A stretch of 64,000 nt of DNA, taken from Raja brachyura. Taxonomy: Eukaryota. Location: NCBI GenBank assembly GCA_963514005.1, contig OY740800.1:41664001-41728000 (forward strand). The letters are read 5' to 3'. The number at the start of each line of letters is the position of its first letter. The first letter of the stretch is position 1. Shown here in pieces: positions 25,001-39,158 of this stretch. The notes beneath the pieces are model-generated. The model was not told the DNA's origin, did no database searches, and worked only from the letters and a program-made list of their open reading frames with translations. A program made the translations under genes and the position numbers.

Positions 25001-25554
25001 TGATTGCAGCTATAATGATGTACACTATATTCTGCAATCTTATATATTTATTTTTGTACTATCGGTTGTACTTGCATATGACTTGCTTGTACGCATGTAC
25101 ACTATGATTTGACTGGCCACAAACAAAGTTTTTCACTATTTCGGTACACGTGGCAATAATAAACCAATACAAATACAAGAGAGAAGAATGCTATCGGACA
25201 AGTATAGCCAATCCAACTGGTGAAAAAGCACAAGCGTGAATAGACAACCAAGTTAAAGGTCACAGACAGATTGAGACATTTGAGCAGTGGATACAACACC
25301 TTTGTCACATTCAAATAGGATATCATTTGCGATTTGGATAAGAGCTGCATCAGTCCAATGGGAAGGTCAGAAACATAAATGGAGAAATCCAAACAAGCAA
25401 CTCCAGGAAAAATGGGCAACATTTGGGGTGGATATTGTACTTTCAAGGATTGGAAGCGTAAAAGGGAGATGGAGCAGTAAATTGCAGGGTTGGAGTGGGT
25501 CAATACCCAAGGCCTGAGAATTGTTGATATGATCAGTTATTATACTCAATCATA

Positions 25555-26330
25555 AAGTCATTGAGTTATACACTACTGAAACTGGCCCTTCGGCCCAATT
25601 TGTCAAACCCTACCAAAATAACTAACCAAGTTAGTCCCACTTGCCTGTGTGGGCCCTATCCATGTACCTGCCCAAGTGTCTTTTAAATGTCCCAACCTAC
25701 CTCTACCACTTTCTCTAGCAGCTTCTTCCATGCATACATCCTATCTATCTACCTCCATCTGAAAAGGTTGGCCCTCAGGTTCAGATTAAATCTTTCCCTT
25801 CTCATCTTAAACCCATGTCCTCTAGTTTTAGACTCCCCTACCCTGCAAAAATGACCAACTATTCACCTTATCAATGTCCCTCATAATTTTATATTCCTCT
25901 CTAAGATCACCCCTCAGCCTCCTATGCTCCTGGGAAAAGAGGTAATGTTCAAAAGGGCAAAGTTTACAATTTTCATTTTCCCACATTATACTACATTTGC
26001 TAGATCTTTGTACAATCACTTATCCTGTCTATATCCTCTTCTAGTGTCCTTATATCGTCCTCGCAAATTAATTTCTTATTGATTTTTGTATCATTTAACA
26101 AATGAACATGTATATAAATTGTGATAAGTTGAGGCCCCAGCACCGATCCTATAGCATACTAGTTATTAATTCTTGCCAACCAGAAAAAGACTCATTCATG
26201 CCTATTCAGTATTGTTTCTTATCTAGCCACATTACTATATTTTGCTCACTGTATTTTCCCTTTCTGCAATAATCTTTGATGAGGCATCTTATTAAATTTC
26301 TTGTGGAAATCTAAGTAGAGTAACCCACTT
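25555..26330 (-). mobile_element. CR1 LINE fragments
   Basis: ORF 25828..26019(-) EHRRLRGDLREEYKIMRDIDKV; 3' UTR ggcccttcggccca. Confidence 0.8.
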
Positions 26331-29300
26331 GTTCACCTTTGTCAACTGCACAGGTTGCTTCCTCAAAGGGTTTTATTCATGTTTCTTCTTAATACGTTGT
26401 ATTGAGGGTCTAACTAGACACTTGTTTCTAATGGGTGGAATGCAACATTCACATGCCTGGTTGCTAAAAGAGGCACTTTGCTCCAAGAGCTGTCATGACA
26501 AGAGGTTGCACATAGAATGTAGAAAATGCCTTATTTTCAAAGCCGCCTTGAAAAAATGTGACATGTTCATCAATTTGTGGAAATCCTTGACATGTGACTG
26601 ATTGAGATAGAGAAGGAGAGCATAGGGTGACACTGAGAATCTCAAGCCTCTTTGCTAAGAGCACGAGGAAACACAGCAAAAATGGCAAGCGTATTGCATC
26701 GCCTTCCAAATGATCCAACAATATCGTCAAGCATCTCCTTCCCCATCTGTGGATCCTACAATGGTCTTATCAGCTACTATGGAACCCAATGAAATGACCG
26801 GAAACAAGTTACCCCCAATTCCAAGGAAATACATTAAAAAAAACTACCATGGTCTGAATTCTACACATTTTTCCTTTTCATTTCCCAGAACCTATCTACC
26901 TTCCATACATCGGGATGTGTGTCAGGCTTAGGCACTCATCCAGCTGCCTTTCAGCAAATATGCACTCTCTATCCCATCTGGGAATTTATTAAACAGAATA
27001 AAATCTCTCTCTTTGAACATAAACATCTCCTGACAGGAACACTATTTCTCTTTTTAAATAAACTATAGTTATGTGATGTGGCCCATGCAACCAATCAAAT
27101 GTTCTATCTACAATGTGTAAATCTAAACATGCAATTATTTCAAATATCAAAAACAATCATTTTAAATCTAGAGTAATAGCTCCTTACTGAGAATATTTAT
27201 TGTGGCTAAAGGCCTTTAGACTTATAACTGTTCACAGAAATCACACACAAAACCACCTGGCCACAATTGCCTCAGTAACTCCCAGATTCATGCTGTCTTT
27301 CTCATCAAATCACACCTGATCTATTACTGTGTTCATCCTGCTCTCTTTCTTTCTCCTCCACCAGGTCCCAATATTGTTGTCCTTTCTGTCAGATTGCTCC
27401 GTTCTTCCCCAATCCAGTAAAGCCTTTTGCCTTTCTCTTACTCTATGTTCTTAATTTCCTCACTGCATCAAGCTCCAATCTCTCACTGTCCTCTCCCCTC
27501 ATTTTGACACCATTTCCTTCTTCATGCTATTAACCCTCAATCTCAATTATCACTCATCCTCATCAAATTCTAAAGTCCAACCTCCTTATTGTCAGAGACC
27601 TTTGAGGTTGCCTGACTGAGGCCTTCTGCTGCCAGTTTTTCAGCCTGGGAGCAAGGCAGTCCTCAATTTAACTAGCTGCTGACAGGAAACAAAAATACAG
27701 AAAGACTGCAACTAAACCAATAGCCAACCTACATGTTAATGAAATTGCACTAAGTTTCCCTGCACACTCTCATATAAATATTTGAATTATTATTGGACGA
27801 GTTAGGCCAAGGAAGATGTAACTGTGCTGTATGACTATTCTAAATGGATGTTGTCAAGGCTATGCACAAGGAAAATAATTTTTGTTATATATTTAATTGC
27901 CTCAATGCTGTAATTTTTCTGCAATATCTGTGAGACACCAATTACAACTTTAATTCATGTATTGTAACATTTGATTATTTTTACCATCTACCAACCTTCT
28001 ACATGCCTCTCTGATTTGAGGTACATTATGTTGGTATCAACTCTGCCTACTTGCTTTGCATTATTTACTTATGTCAGATTACATGCATATTTGCTTTTAC
28101 ACAAGATCAATCAGTAATGACACATGGGTTGAAACGAGTTGGCTGCCAGTGTCTCACTATTCCAGCTTTGCATGAATCTGCAGAGGACGGTGGACATAAA
28201 TATAAAGAAAGGTTTATTGCCGAAGAAATAAATATGGGAAGATGAAATCAATGCATGAAAATATGCTCTGCCAAGTATTCTTAGCTTATACTATTTGAAC
28301 ACAGTGATAAGTTTGTAATTGATTTCAACACATTAAGCTTGCTAAATTGCAGTGCTTTGTTTTACCCTATGTGTGTGCAAATTATTCGGTGTAAAATAAT
28401 TATCATGAATACTGAGCATGAGAGAAAATAAACAGTATTATGTGAAACACAAAACTGGCTTCATTCCAATAAATAAAGGATTGGTAACCTCAGTGAACTT
28501 CACTTTTGGAGGTTACAGCTGGAAATATTCATTCCATTCTCAATAAAAGTAAAGGTCATTATGTGTAATAGACTATTACGCAAAGAAAACATTCAGTTGG
28601 CAGTGAACAAACACATCTTGAACAACATCCGATAAAGTCAGTTAAATTTTATAATTGAAGGTATGCTGAGACATTTCATTAAATATCAAAAGGATTCTAA
28701 AGGCACAATTGATAAAGCTGTTTCAGACCACACATTCAATGGTTTGCTGAAATATTTTCATACATTGCAGACAGATTCAAAGAAAGTACAGTTTATATTT
28801 GTGAATGCATCAACTTCAGACTAGAAAAAGTGCAAAGGAGGATTTTTTTCTAGGACAGTAATCAGAATAAGTTATTATGCAGAACAATGCATACCAACTG
28901 CTGAATCCTATGGTTAATCAGATTCTTCCTTTGTCATCATTTTGGGTTTTTCACAATTCTACCATTTTGCTTAGATATCAAATGGCTATTCAAGTACAGA
29001 ATAGGATTGGACACAACAATTTTATTATGACCTCACATAGAATTCTTCCAACTGCAGTGAACACAGGAACAAGTGGGATTGGTAATTTGATTGATATTTC
29101 TTTTCTAAACCCAGAGGTGCTAAGGACAATTGATGTCCCTTCGTTGGACATGAATAGACCAATCGATGGAACCCAAGAGCTTCCCGGTCTTTATGTTTGT
29201 ATTGGCCTTAGTATTTCCAGCTGAAAGCATAACCAGATGACCATTTGTAAAACTCTATACAATTTTTGCTGCAAACTGCAAATCACTATTCTAAAATTGT

Positions 29301-30624
29301 GAACAGTCATACAATTCTTTAACCTGAGTTGGGATACTTCTGCTGTCTTGCAAAATATATATTTTTTAATTTTGCAATGAATAATTCAATAGCCGCTCCA
29401 GGTTAACACCTAAATATATATCTATTTCATGATGTTTGCCATTTTACATGTACCTATTGAAACAATATTAATATTCAGATAATAATGTGGAGCTGCAAAG
29501 TCCTCATTGTACAATGTTGGATCGGTACGGTTCTATTAAAGATTACTTTGGCATGTAGAAAATAAACTAAATGAACAATTTCCTTTACAGTTTGAATTAA
29601 CTCATTCAACGTACTGAAAATCCATTGGTGGGCAAAAATATTACTTTTCCTATAAACAAATAAGAGATTTCTTAGAAAATGTTATAACAAAGCTGGCACT
29701 GTATTTTGCAGACAGTATGTCAACAACCTAGCTTCTTAAGGATTTTAAGAAAAAGATCTGCACTGTGTATAATTGCCTTTGGGCATGCTGGTTTGGTATC
29801 TAGAACTCACAGACACAATCGGTGCAATTCCTTCACCTCCACCCCTATTCTCCCCATCCCCGGTCCCCAATCATGGCAGATGTAAGTAACGTAGCAATAG
29901 TCGGGTTATCTCATTGCATAGTGCCAGTGTTGAGAAGTGGAGGTTGAATTAATTAGCAACTGAAAAGGCATTTTATTCAAGTTAGCCTTATGCACAAATG
30001 TCATTAATTTAGATTATGTGCTTCTTGCTTAGATAAAATGTATGCCCATTTTGATGATTGGTAAATATATTCTCATTGCAATCAAAGCGAAAACTCAAGT
30101 TGGCCAATAGAGTCTTCACTGTTATCTGTTGCATTCTTCATAGCTACATTCAAATCCAGAATACAATATCATACTTCGAAGAATGGCTTGCAAAAGGACA
30201 GTAAATGATAATGCTAATTACAGTGATATCACGCTTTTCTTTTCAAACTTCATTAAATAAATTAACAAAGTCAATTGCATCGTGCCTCATATGTTTTCTT
30301 CATTAAGTTATCTCCACTAACTGAACAACTGATTTTATTCTTTCCGTTGGCTGTATTCTCAATAATGACAGATTTTTATTCAAGGGATGTGTGTCCCTTT
30401 AGGTGGCTAATAGTTTATTTTAATTTTTGTGAGAAATATGCAGTGTTTTTATGCTGTGAATAATTGGTTCATGCCAGGATTTTTGCAATTCTATACCATT
30501 CCTTGCTTAATGCAGACATTTTCATTTGTTCATCTATAAGAGGCATCTTCAATCAATTGTCACTATTGAAGAACAACAAAAATGTATCAGTTGAAAATTT
30601 ACATCAGTCAGAACTATCAAACCA

Positions 30625-31270
30625 GTTAGTCATATAGCACGGAAACAGGCTCTTTGGCCCAACTCGCCCATGCTAACCAAGATGCCCCATCCAAGCTAGT
30701 CCCACTAGTCCATTTCCCTCTAAAACCTTCCTGTCCATGTAACCATACTTCTAAATGTTGTTGTAGTAACTGCATCAATTACTCCCTTTGGCAGCTCATT
30801 CCATATAATACTGTGAAAAAGTTGCCTTCAGGTCCTAATAAATCTTACCGCTCTCACATATATATGCCCACTAGTTCTTGATTCCCCAATCCTGGGAAAA
30901 AGACTGTGCATTCATCCTATCTATTCCCCTTGTGACATTATACACCTCTATAAGGTCACCCCTCAGGCTCCTGCACTCCAAGGAATAAAGTCCTAGCTTG
31001 CTCAACCTCTCCTATTATATTTGTCCCTCGAACCTTGGAGTCCTGGCAATATACTCGAAAATCTTCACTGCATTATCTCCAGCTCAATGGCATCTTTCCT
31101 ATAGCATAATGACCAAAACTGACACAATACTCCAGGTACGGCCTCAACAATGACTTGTATAGCTGTAACACAACGCCCTATACTACATATTATCTGCAAT
31201 ACTAAATTCCCTGATTGGTGAAGACCAACATGTCAAAAGTTTTCTTCACCTATCTGCCTATGGTGCCACT
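30625..31270 (-). mobile_element. CR1 LINE 3' fragment
   Basis: acacaatactccagg (LEYCV on minus); 3' UTR cacggaaacaggc. Confidence 0.8.
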
Positions 31271-31813
31271 TTCACTTATGTTTTATTTTCCTTATCACAT
31301 TCTGACTAATATACTATTAATTTGACAAATAATAAGATAGAAGGAAATAAATTGAAAATCTCCAGATATTGGAAATTAGAAAAAAAATCTGAAATGCTGG
31401 AAATACTTTGCAGATCAGATCGCATCTGTAGATGAAGAGGTAGAGCTATGTTTCAGTCAAAAACCCTTCAACAGAACCGGACCTGAATATTCTCAGCGAT
31501 TTCTGTTTTTATTTTAGAAGGTCGAAGGGATATGCTCTAGAAATACTGCTTGAAAATAGGTCCATGTGAAGATATGGACAATGATAGAAGACAAATTAAC
31601 TCCCAAATATCATTTTAATCTGTGAAAAGATTTGGTAATAATTGATAAAGTAATTCCTATACCTGCTGCGTTAGGGACTACCTGACTATTATCTCCTTGC
31701 AAAATGACACTGCACAGGGATAGTCAAGATTTATTCTGCCCACTGTCCAGACATGGTGCAGCTGCAATCCGGCCTAATTTCCAAAGCCAATCATAATTGC
31801 ATTATGTTGAATA

Positions 31814-31944
31814 NNNNNNNNNNNNNNNNNNNNNNNNNNNNNNNNNNNNNNNNNNNNNNNNNNNNNNNNNNNNNNNNNNNNNNNNNNNNNNNNNNNNNNN
31901 NNNNNNNNNNNNNNNNNNNNNNNNNNNNNNNNNNNNNNNNNNNN
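31814..31944. other. Assembly gap (131 N)
   Basis: Run of N. Confidence 1.
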
Positions 31945-32749
31945 ATTATGAAATGCCCTTTTGCAAGCCATTCATCAAAATATGGCATTGCGGTCTGGAT
32001 TTGAATATACTGGAACCAGGGGTTCCACAGCAAAACACCACTAATGTCCTGTTTGTGTGCCAGCTTATTTCTGACTTAAAAAAACAAAACAAATATAAAC
32101 ATTTATTCAGAAAATATAAGCAAGAAATACAAAAAGAGTGCCTGGCATTCTTTATATTCATAGTTTCATTCAGTCTATATATTCATGCAGTTATGATGTC
32201 CATATCTTTGCAGTGTCATCAAGTTAATGCATTCTATGTACAAAGCTCTAATGCTACTCATACGACCTCTTTGAAACAATGCACTCTTTAAAACTCAAGA
32301 GGATGTTACACAGGATCCGGCCCCTGAGTGGCTCGTGGTGGTGGGATCTTAGATTGCAACCCTTCCCCATAAAATCTTTACTTTGGCTGCACCAGGTTTA
32401 GGACGCCTCTGAGCATGTAGTACTGCAACCTTGAATGTGTCAGGTGGCAGCAATCCTTTGTGGACATATTGTATTTGAAGATCGACAGGTTTTGGGCAGA
32501 CTAAAGTGCATTTTTCCATGAGTTAATTATCTTTCAGCAGCACTTGATGTTTCTCTCAGTATGCGTCTCTCAGCCTGTAGACCAGTGTCCTCTATAACAG
32601 AGCTTGTTTCTGACTTCCACAACTCAACACTGAATCCAAATGCAGGCCCAAACATTGTAAGACAGGTGCCATTTTCACTTTGGTCCTTCAATCAGGCCCT
32701 TTAGCTTTACACCATAAAATAGAACAGCACAGGTGCAGGCACTGTGAAA

Positions 32750-33093
32750 CAGTGAGCACCACCGGAAATTGGAAGAGCAGCACCTCATATTCCGCTTGGG
32801 CAGTCTGCACCCCAGCGGCTTGAACATTGACTTCTCCAATTTCCGGTAGCCCTTGCTGTCTTCTCCCCTTCTTAGCTCTCACTCAGCCCTCTGGTTCTTC
32901 CTTGGTTCTTCCTTTCTTCTTCCCCACCCCCCCACCCCCCCCCCCCCCCCCCCACCCATCAGTCTGAAGAAGGGTTTTGGCCTGAAACATTGCCTATTTC
33001 CTTCGCTCCATAGATGCTGCGTCACCCGCTGAGTTTCTCCAGCACTTTTGTCTACCTTCGATTTTCCAGCATCTGCAGTTCCTTCTTGAACAC
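32750..33093 (+). mobile_element. Penelope 3' fragment (end of GIY-YIG domain, C-tract, hammerhead-like motif 32964-32991)
   Basis: Encodes RKLEEQHLIFRLGSLHPSGLNIDFSNFR; ctgaagaagggttttggcctgaaacatt. Confidence 0.85.
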
Positions 33094-34485
33094 TTTGACA
33101 CACACTGTTTGTGCCGAACATAATTACAAGTTAAACTAATCTCCACTGCCTGAATGTGAGCCATATATCTCCATTCCCTACATATTCATATGCCTGTGTA
33201 AAAGCCTCTTAAATACCACTATTATATCTGCTCCCACCTCCAGCATGTTCCAGGCATCCACTGCATTGTGTGTAAAAAAATTACTCTGCACATCTCCTTT
33301 AAATTTTACCCTCCGATCTTAAAGCTATGCTCAATTGATATTTCCCCTACTGTGAAAATAAATTCTGGATAGTTGGCTAAAATAATCCTGCCCCGTTCAT
33401 TTCAATCCAATCACTGAACTTTGAAAGTAATTTGTTTATCGTTTAAGTTTATTTTTATTTATTCTTATGCTTTGATTAATGTTTAACGTCTTAAGATATT
33501 TACATGGAAATTGTATTTTTTTTAACCTGTTCATTTCTCATTTCAATCTATTTGAATTGCTTTGAAATGTTTCTGATTGGGTATTTTTTAATCTTTAAGT
33601 GATTAAAAGAGATGATGTGGAAGACAGATACAATTGCGCCATTTAAGAGGCTATTAGATAAGCGCATGGACATGCATGGAATCACATTCAGGCAGAGGAG
33701 ATTAGTTGAACGGCATCATGTTCGGCATGGTCAATATGGGCCAAAGGGCCAGTTCCTGTGCTGCTATGTTCGATAAGAGTATTGCAAGTAACAATTCTCC
33801 CACTTCCTCTATGTTGAAATCAAGACTGCCACAAAGTCTCTGATGCTGGAATCATTCCTTACAACGATCCACAGACCATGGAATTTCTATCTTTGCAATT
33901 TAAATTTTAAAGTTTTTATAATCTGAAGCTTGGTATCATTACCACCAGATAAATTATAGGTTTTATTTTAATTCTTCGATTTTTGAGGGTACTGTAAATC
34001 AGGAACTTTGTCTCTTCATTTTGGATTCACAATTTTAAAAAAAATATGCCTGCCTTACGTCTGCCTGAAGATATTTTGAAGAGTCTATTTTGAAGATGGC
34101 AACAACATACACCAGTAAGTGTTTAATAACCACAGAACTAACTCCCTTTGTAACCTCACTGCGATAAAAATGGTGACCCACATAGTCTTCCAAGATTATG
34201 TGGCTAACCACTAAAGAGATTAACCGAGGTATACAGTTCACTGTTCAGAATTTTATCACTCATCAGCAACATGCTGTAAAAGTGTATGTGCTGTGAAAGT
34301 GAATTGTGTGACTTAATCAATGGATTTAAAGAATTTTTAAAATCTCACAGTTTCCCTTGTTATCTCTGGCCTTTGTCCAACCATCTGTAAAATCAAAACC
34401 CCCATCATCTGTATCCATCGATCACTTGCCAGGTTTTGTCCCGCCCCAACCCCGTTTCAGCTTCCCCGCCTCTACTATAATCAGT

Positions 34486-34513
34486 CTGAAGAAGGGTCCT
34501 GACCCGAAACGTT
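34486..34513 (+). ncRNA. Minimal hammerhead ribozyme core
   Basis: CUGAAGA-A-GGGU(CCUG)ACCC-GAAA-C-GUU. Confidence 0.55.
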
Positions 34514-34526
34514 GCCTATCCATATT

Positions 34527-35170
34527 AGAGTCATAGTCATGAGAGTCATACAGCATGGAAACAGGTCCTTCGCCCCAATTTGCCCACACTGGCCAGCATG
34601 TCCCAGCTTCACTAGTCCCACCTGCCCGCATTTGGCCCATATCCATCCTAACATGTCCTATCCATGTACTTGTCGAAGTGTTTCTTAAATGTTGGGATTG
34701 TTCCTGACTCAACTACCTCCTCTGGCAGCTCGTTCCATATACCCACCACCCTCTGTGAGAAAATATTACCCCTCAAATTCCTATTAAATCTTTTCCCCTT
34801 CACCTTAAACCCATGACTCTGACCCTCGATTCCCCTACTCTGGGCAAGAGACTGTGCATCTACTCGATCTATTCCTCTCATGATTTTATACACCTCCATA
34901 AGATCACTCCTCATCCTCCTGCGCTCCAAGGAATTGCGTCCCAGCCTACTCAACCTCTCAGACCATCAAGTCCTGGCAACATCCTCGTAAATCTTCTCTG
35001 TACCCTTTCCAGCTTGACAACATCTTTTCCATAACATAGTGCCCATAACTGAACACAATACTCTAAATGCGGCCTCACCAATGTCTTATTTAACTGCAAC
35101 ATGACCTACCAACTTCTATACTCAATACTCCGAATGAAGAAGGCCAATGTGCAAAAAGCTTTTTTGACCA
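34527..35170 (-). mobile_element. Relatively young CR1 3' fragment
   Basis: ORF 34648..34953(-) SLERRRMRSDLMEVYKIMRGIDRV..FSQRVVGIWNELP. Confidence 0.9.
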
Positions 35171-38100
35171 GTGATGCTGCCCGACCTGATGAATTACTCC
35201 AGCACTTTGTGTCTTTCAATATTATTGAGACCTGACTTCCTTCACAAGAATAGCGGCCATTATTAAATTCCGTGAATTTCAAATTTGAATTCTAACCAAC
35301 ACTGAGCTCTAGTCTCTTTCAAAATGATTTCTTTCTACAACAGATTCTGCAATTATTGACCAATTACTGTCAAATAATACATTTCACCATACAAATTACA
35401 TTTAAAGCAGGAGCACAATCATTTATGACTAACTGAATTATTAATAGCTAACGGAATCAGGGGATATGGGGAAAAAGCAGTAACGGGGTACTGATTTTGG
35501 ATGATCAGCCATGATCATATTAAATGGCAGTGCTAGCTGGAAGGGCCTACTCCTGCACCTATTTTCTATGTCTCAATGATTCCTGCTACACGAGACAGAG
35601 AATTTAAAAACGGTTCTCAACTCTACCGATTCACACAATATTGAGTCTCATGTATTTTACCTCCAGGCTGGTTATGAATAGAGGAATCTTGCCACTAGCT
35701 GATGGTTATTACAGTTCCAACCCACTCTTTCTCCAGTGGACTTCAAATTGGACTAAATTATCTGTTCAGCATGCTGGAAAATGCCACCATTGTGTGGATA
35801 GCAAACTTTCATTTATCTGGTATTCGTGCATCAGAATTCTTGTGCAACCAACAAAAAGTTATTGTTACGAAAATAAGATTGAAAAGTAAATTTTCTAAAG
35901 TGTTAAAATACTTTTTTAGTTTATTTACATGTAGACAAAAGGGCAGTGCAGTCAGTGGTTGAAGACCAGCAACATCCTCTTTGAAGATCTGTCATTTCAA
36001 GTGATAAGTACATTCAACCGTTTTATTTAATTTTGCTGTATTTTACATTAATAGCATTTAGTTCTAAAATATAAAGTTGCAGTCTAAAATATTATTTAAA
36101 AGGGGTGAGAAGATGGCCAGTAATTTATATAACAGTTTTGGGAATGAATACTAGTGTGTGATGGTTGTTAATATTATTTGAGCAATTCTCATGCAAGTGG
36201 CAATTCTATTCCACTGAGAATACAGGGCATTTCAGAAATACTAAATGTTTATTTTCACTTGTTCAACAATTATCTTTTAAGATGGAGATTATGACATTGA
36301 ATGCCATGCTATACATAATATGTGCTTCTCGTAAATAGAGGAAAACACTGGATCGATGGCAGTCATAAAACTATTCCTATCTTTTATAATTTTAGTGAAA
36401 GTAAGATTCCTAAATAATTTAGAGGGAGAGGAAGATGGAGAGGGAGAGACCCACAGAAAGTATGAAACCCCTGTGCAGCAATACATTTTCATATCCATTT
36501 CTTGCAACGTTGGTCACTTTTGCTAATCATTAATTATATATAGTAAAACAATCTCATTAGTTATTCATTGCTTTGTCTTAATTACAGCTCAGGTGTTTCA
36601 CCTCTGCTTCATTAGGTCTACATCCAGGATCCTATCAATAGTGCACTTTACAGTATAATATCTAAATGTTTCATTTGACCTCAATTAGCATAACTAACAT
36701 ATCACGTTTTATTCTCAATTTCTACATTCTGCTGTCACCTCTGAGCTGGGCATTATCTGTTCGAAAAGCTTCAACTTCCCTCTCATTGTTTCTGTAATCA
36801 TCTTACATAATTGCATGACATCATTGGCATCTGCTGCATTGCACTGAATTTGCCATATGTGATGCCACATATATGTGAATTTCACCAGCAGAGCACATAA
36901 CACACAGGAAAGTCTACTGGGGTACAGAAACAATAATTCCTAAATCCAGATAAGAAACACGCAGAATACGAAAGCTCAAACAAAATGAAACAAAGGGATC
37001 AGCAAAATATCTTGCAGAATATAACTATCTTCTGTCAACAGTAGTTTTATTATACACCAAGAAAGCAATGTTAACTGTTGTCCCACATGAAGATCTAGAT
37101 ATTTGACCCACCATTAATATGCTTACAGTAGAATCTATCAAAATGATAAAAAAATACCTCATAAATATTATGATACACATAAATATTACTAAAAGATATT
37201 GAGTATTTTTACAGATGTTTGTAAACAGCCATTTACTCAGGCTGGCTGTGATTGAATTACAGGGAATATGATTTCAGGGCATGTCGAGTTGATAATTAAT
37301 TGAAGATAGGTTATGGTTGTTGTCAATAAATAGCAAAGTGATCCTGAATGTATAATAAACTAACAATGATTTGTGGAATTACAGGTTTGTTGTGAATTAC
37401 AGAACATGTCAAGATTACCTGGCAGTAAATAAAAATGTTCATAAATGTGAAATGACAATTCCAAATTTTAGTAGCATTCTTAAGCTGAGAATAATCCAAA
37501 CCTTCACTGAATTTATTGATTCAGCCGTTGGCTGAAAAAGATAGGCTCAAATACTGCATTTTATAAAATACACCTTTGAAATTTGTAACTTCCAGAACAG
37601 TACATAATTGCTCCAACCTAGTATTTATGAATTAACTTGTTTCTTCAGGGAGAAGATATCGATAATCAGGAAATCATTGCATTTAAGGATTTATGTGATA
37701 TCATAAATAGTAAAGGTAGTTTGTATGTATTTCAACATGAGGTTCACTCTTGCAATCGCTACAATGATAGATGAAGGCTTGTGTTCATCTGTATGTGATA
37801 ATAAGTTATGTTATTGACTCATTCGTATGCAATGATATGTACAATAATGGATTAATGATTGAGCAAATTAGTTAGAAAAAAAAATAAAAAAATGACTAGC
37901 ATTTTTCTGCCCTTGTACTCCATTGGTTACCTTGCCTTTTTCTGTAAAAAGAAAAGCGCATAGAGTGTGCTATGAACTTCACTATTACTCATTCATTACC
38001 TGCCATTGAAGACTGAAATTAATTATGTAGTATCTGAAAATTTCCTTTAGCTCAAACAAACAGCTGATTATTTGTGATACTACCTATAATATCTCAGCCA

Positions 38101-38303
38101 AATCCTGAAAATGCAAGCAAAGCATTGAAGTTATATTGGGCCTCTAAAATCATCTGGTTAGAAACTGCAGGTCTCAATATTTTTTTCCCTGATGCATTAT
38201 GTGGGAATTCATTTTTTCAAGATTCTGGAATTCTTCAATTATGTGTAAATCTAGCTTGCTTAAAACATTTTAACCTTGGGTTGAACAATATATCTCAATT
38301 TAA

Positions 38304-39158
38304 GGTAGACAAAAATGCTGGAGAAACTCAGCGGGTGAGGCAGCATCTATGGAGCGAAGGAAATAGACAACGTTTCGGGTCGAAACCCTTCTTCAGACTG
38401 ATGTGGGGGGGGGGGGGGGGCGGGAATAAGAAAGGAAGAGGTGGAGCCAGTGGGCTGAGGGAGAGGAGGCGAGATAGAGACTACTTGAAATTAGAGAAGT
38501 CAATGTTCATACCGCTGGGGTGCAAACTGCCCAAGCGAAATATGAGGTGCTGCTCCCCCAATTTACGGTGGTCCTCACTCTGGCCATGGAGGAGGCCCAG
38601 GACAGAGAGGTCGCATTCGGAATGGGAGGGGGAGATGAAGTGCTGAGCCACTGGGAGATCAGGTTGGTTATTGCGAACCGAGCGGAGGTGTTCGGCGAAG
38701 CGATCGCCAAGCTTACGCTTGGTCTCACTGATGTAGAGCATCTAGAGCAGTGGATGCAATAGATGAGGTTAGAGGAGGTGCAGGTGAACCTCTGCCTGGA
38801 ACAACTGCTTGGGTCCTTGAATGGAGTCAAGGGGAGGGGAGGTAAAGCGACAAGTGTAGCATTTCCTGCGGTTGCAAGGGAAAATGCCCAGCGAGGGGGT
38901 GGTACCGATGGGAAGGGACAAATTAACCAGGGAGTTACGGAGGGAGCGGCCTCTGCGGAAAGCAGACAGGGGAGGAGATGGGAAGATGTGGCAAGTGGTA
39001 GGATCACATTGGAGGTTGCGAAAATGTCGGAGGATTATTTGTTGTTTGTGATGGCTGGTAGGGTGAAAGGTGAGGGCAAGGGGGACTGCCCTTGTTACGA
39101 GTGGGGGTTGGGGATTGAGACAAGAGTCCATTCAAGGACCCAAGCAGACCCAACCACA
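38304..39158 (-). mobile_element. 5'-truncated Penelope-like (Neptune-type) retroelement with 14-bp TSD
   Basis: Frameshifted ORFs: VPLALTFHP..PCNRRKCYTC (Cys linker), NLIYCIHCSRC and YISETKRKLGDRFAEHL (GIY-YIG); TSD atatctcaatttaa at 38290-38303 and 39159-39172. Confidence 0.92.
38369..38396 (-). ncRNA. Minimal hammerhead ribozyme core in the Penelope 3' terminal region
   Basis: CUGAAGA-A-GGGU(UUCG)ACCC-GAAA-C-GUU. Confidence 0.6.

Larger units (their letters stand above)
34350..35216 (+). mobile_element. Penelope 3' end split by a nested CR1
   Basis: Left part ends ..gaaacgttgcctatccat (~34523) and resumes gatgctgcccgacctgatgaattactccagcac at ~35173. Confidence 0.75.
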
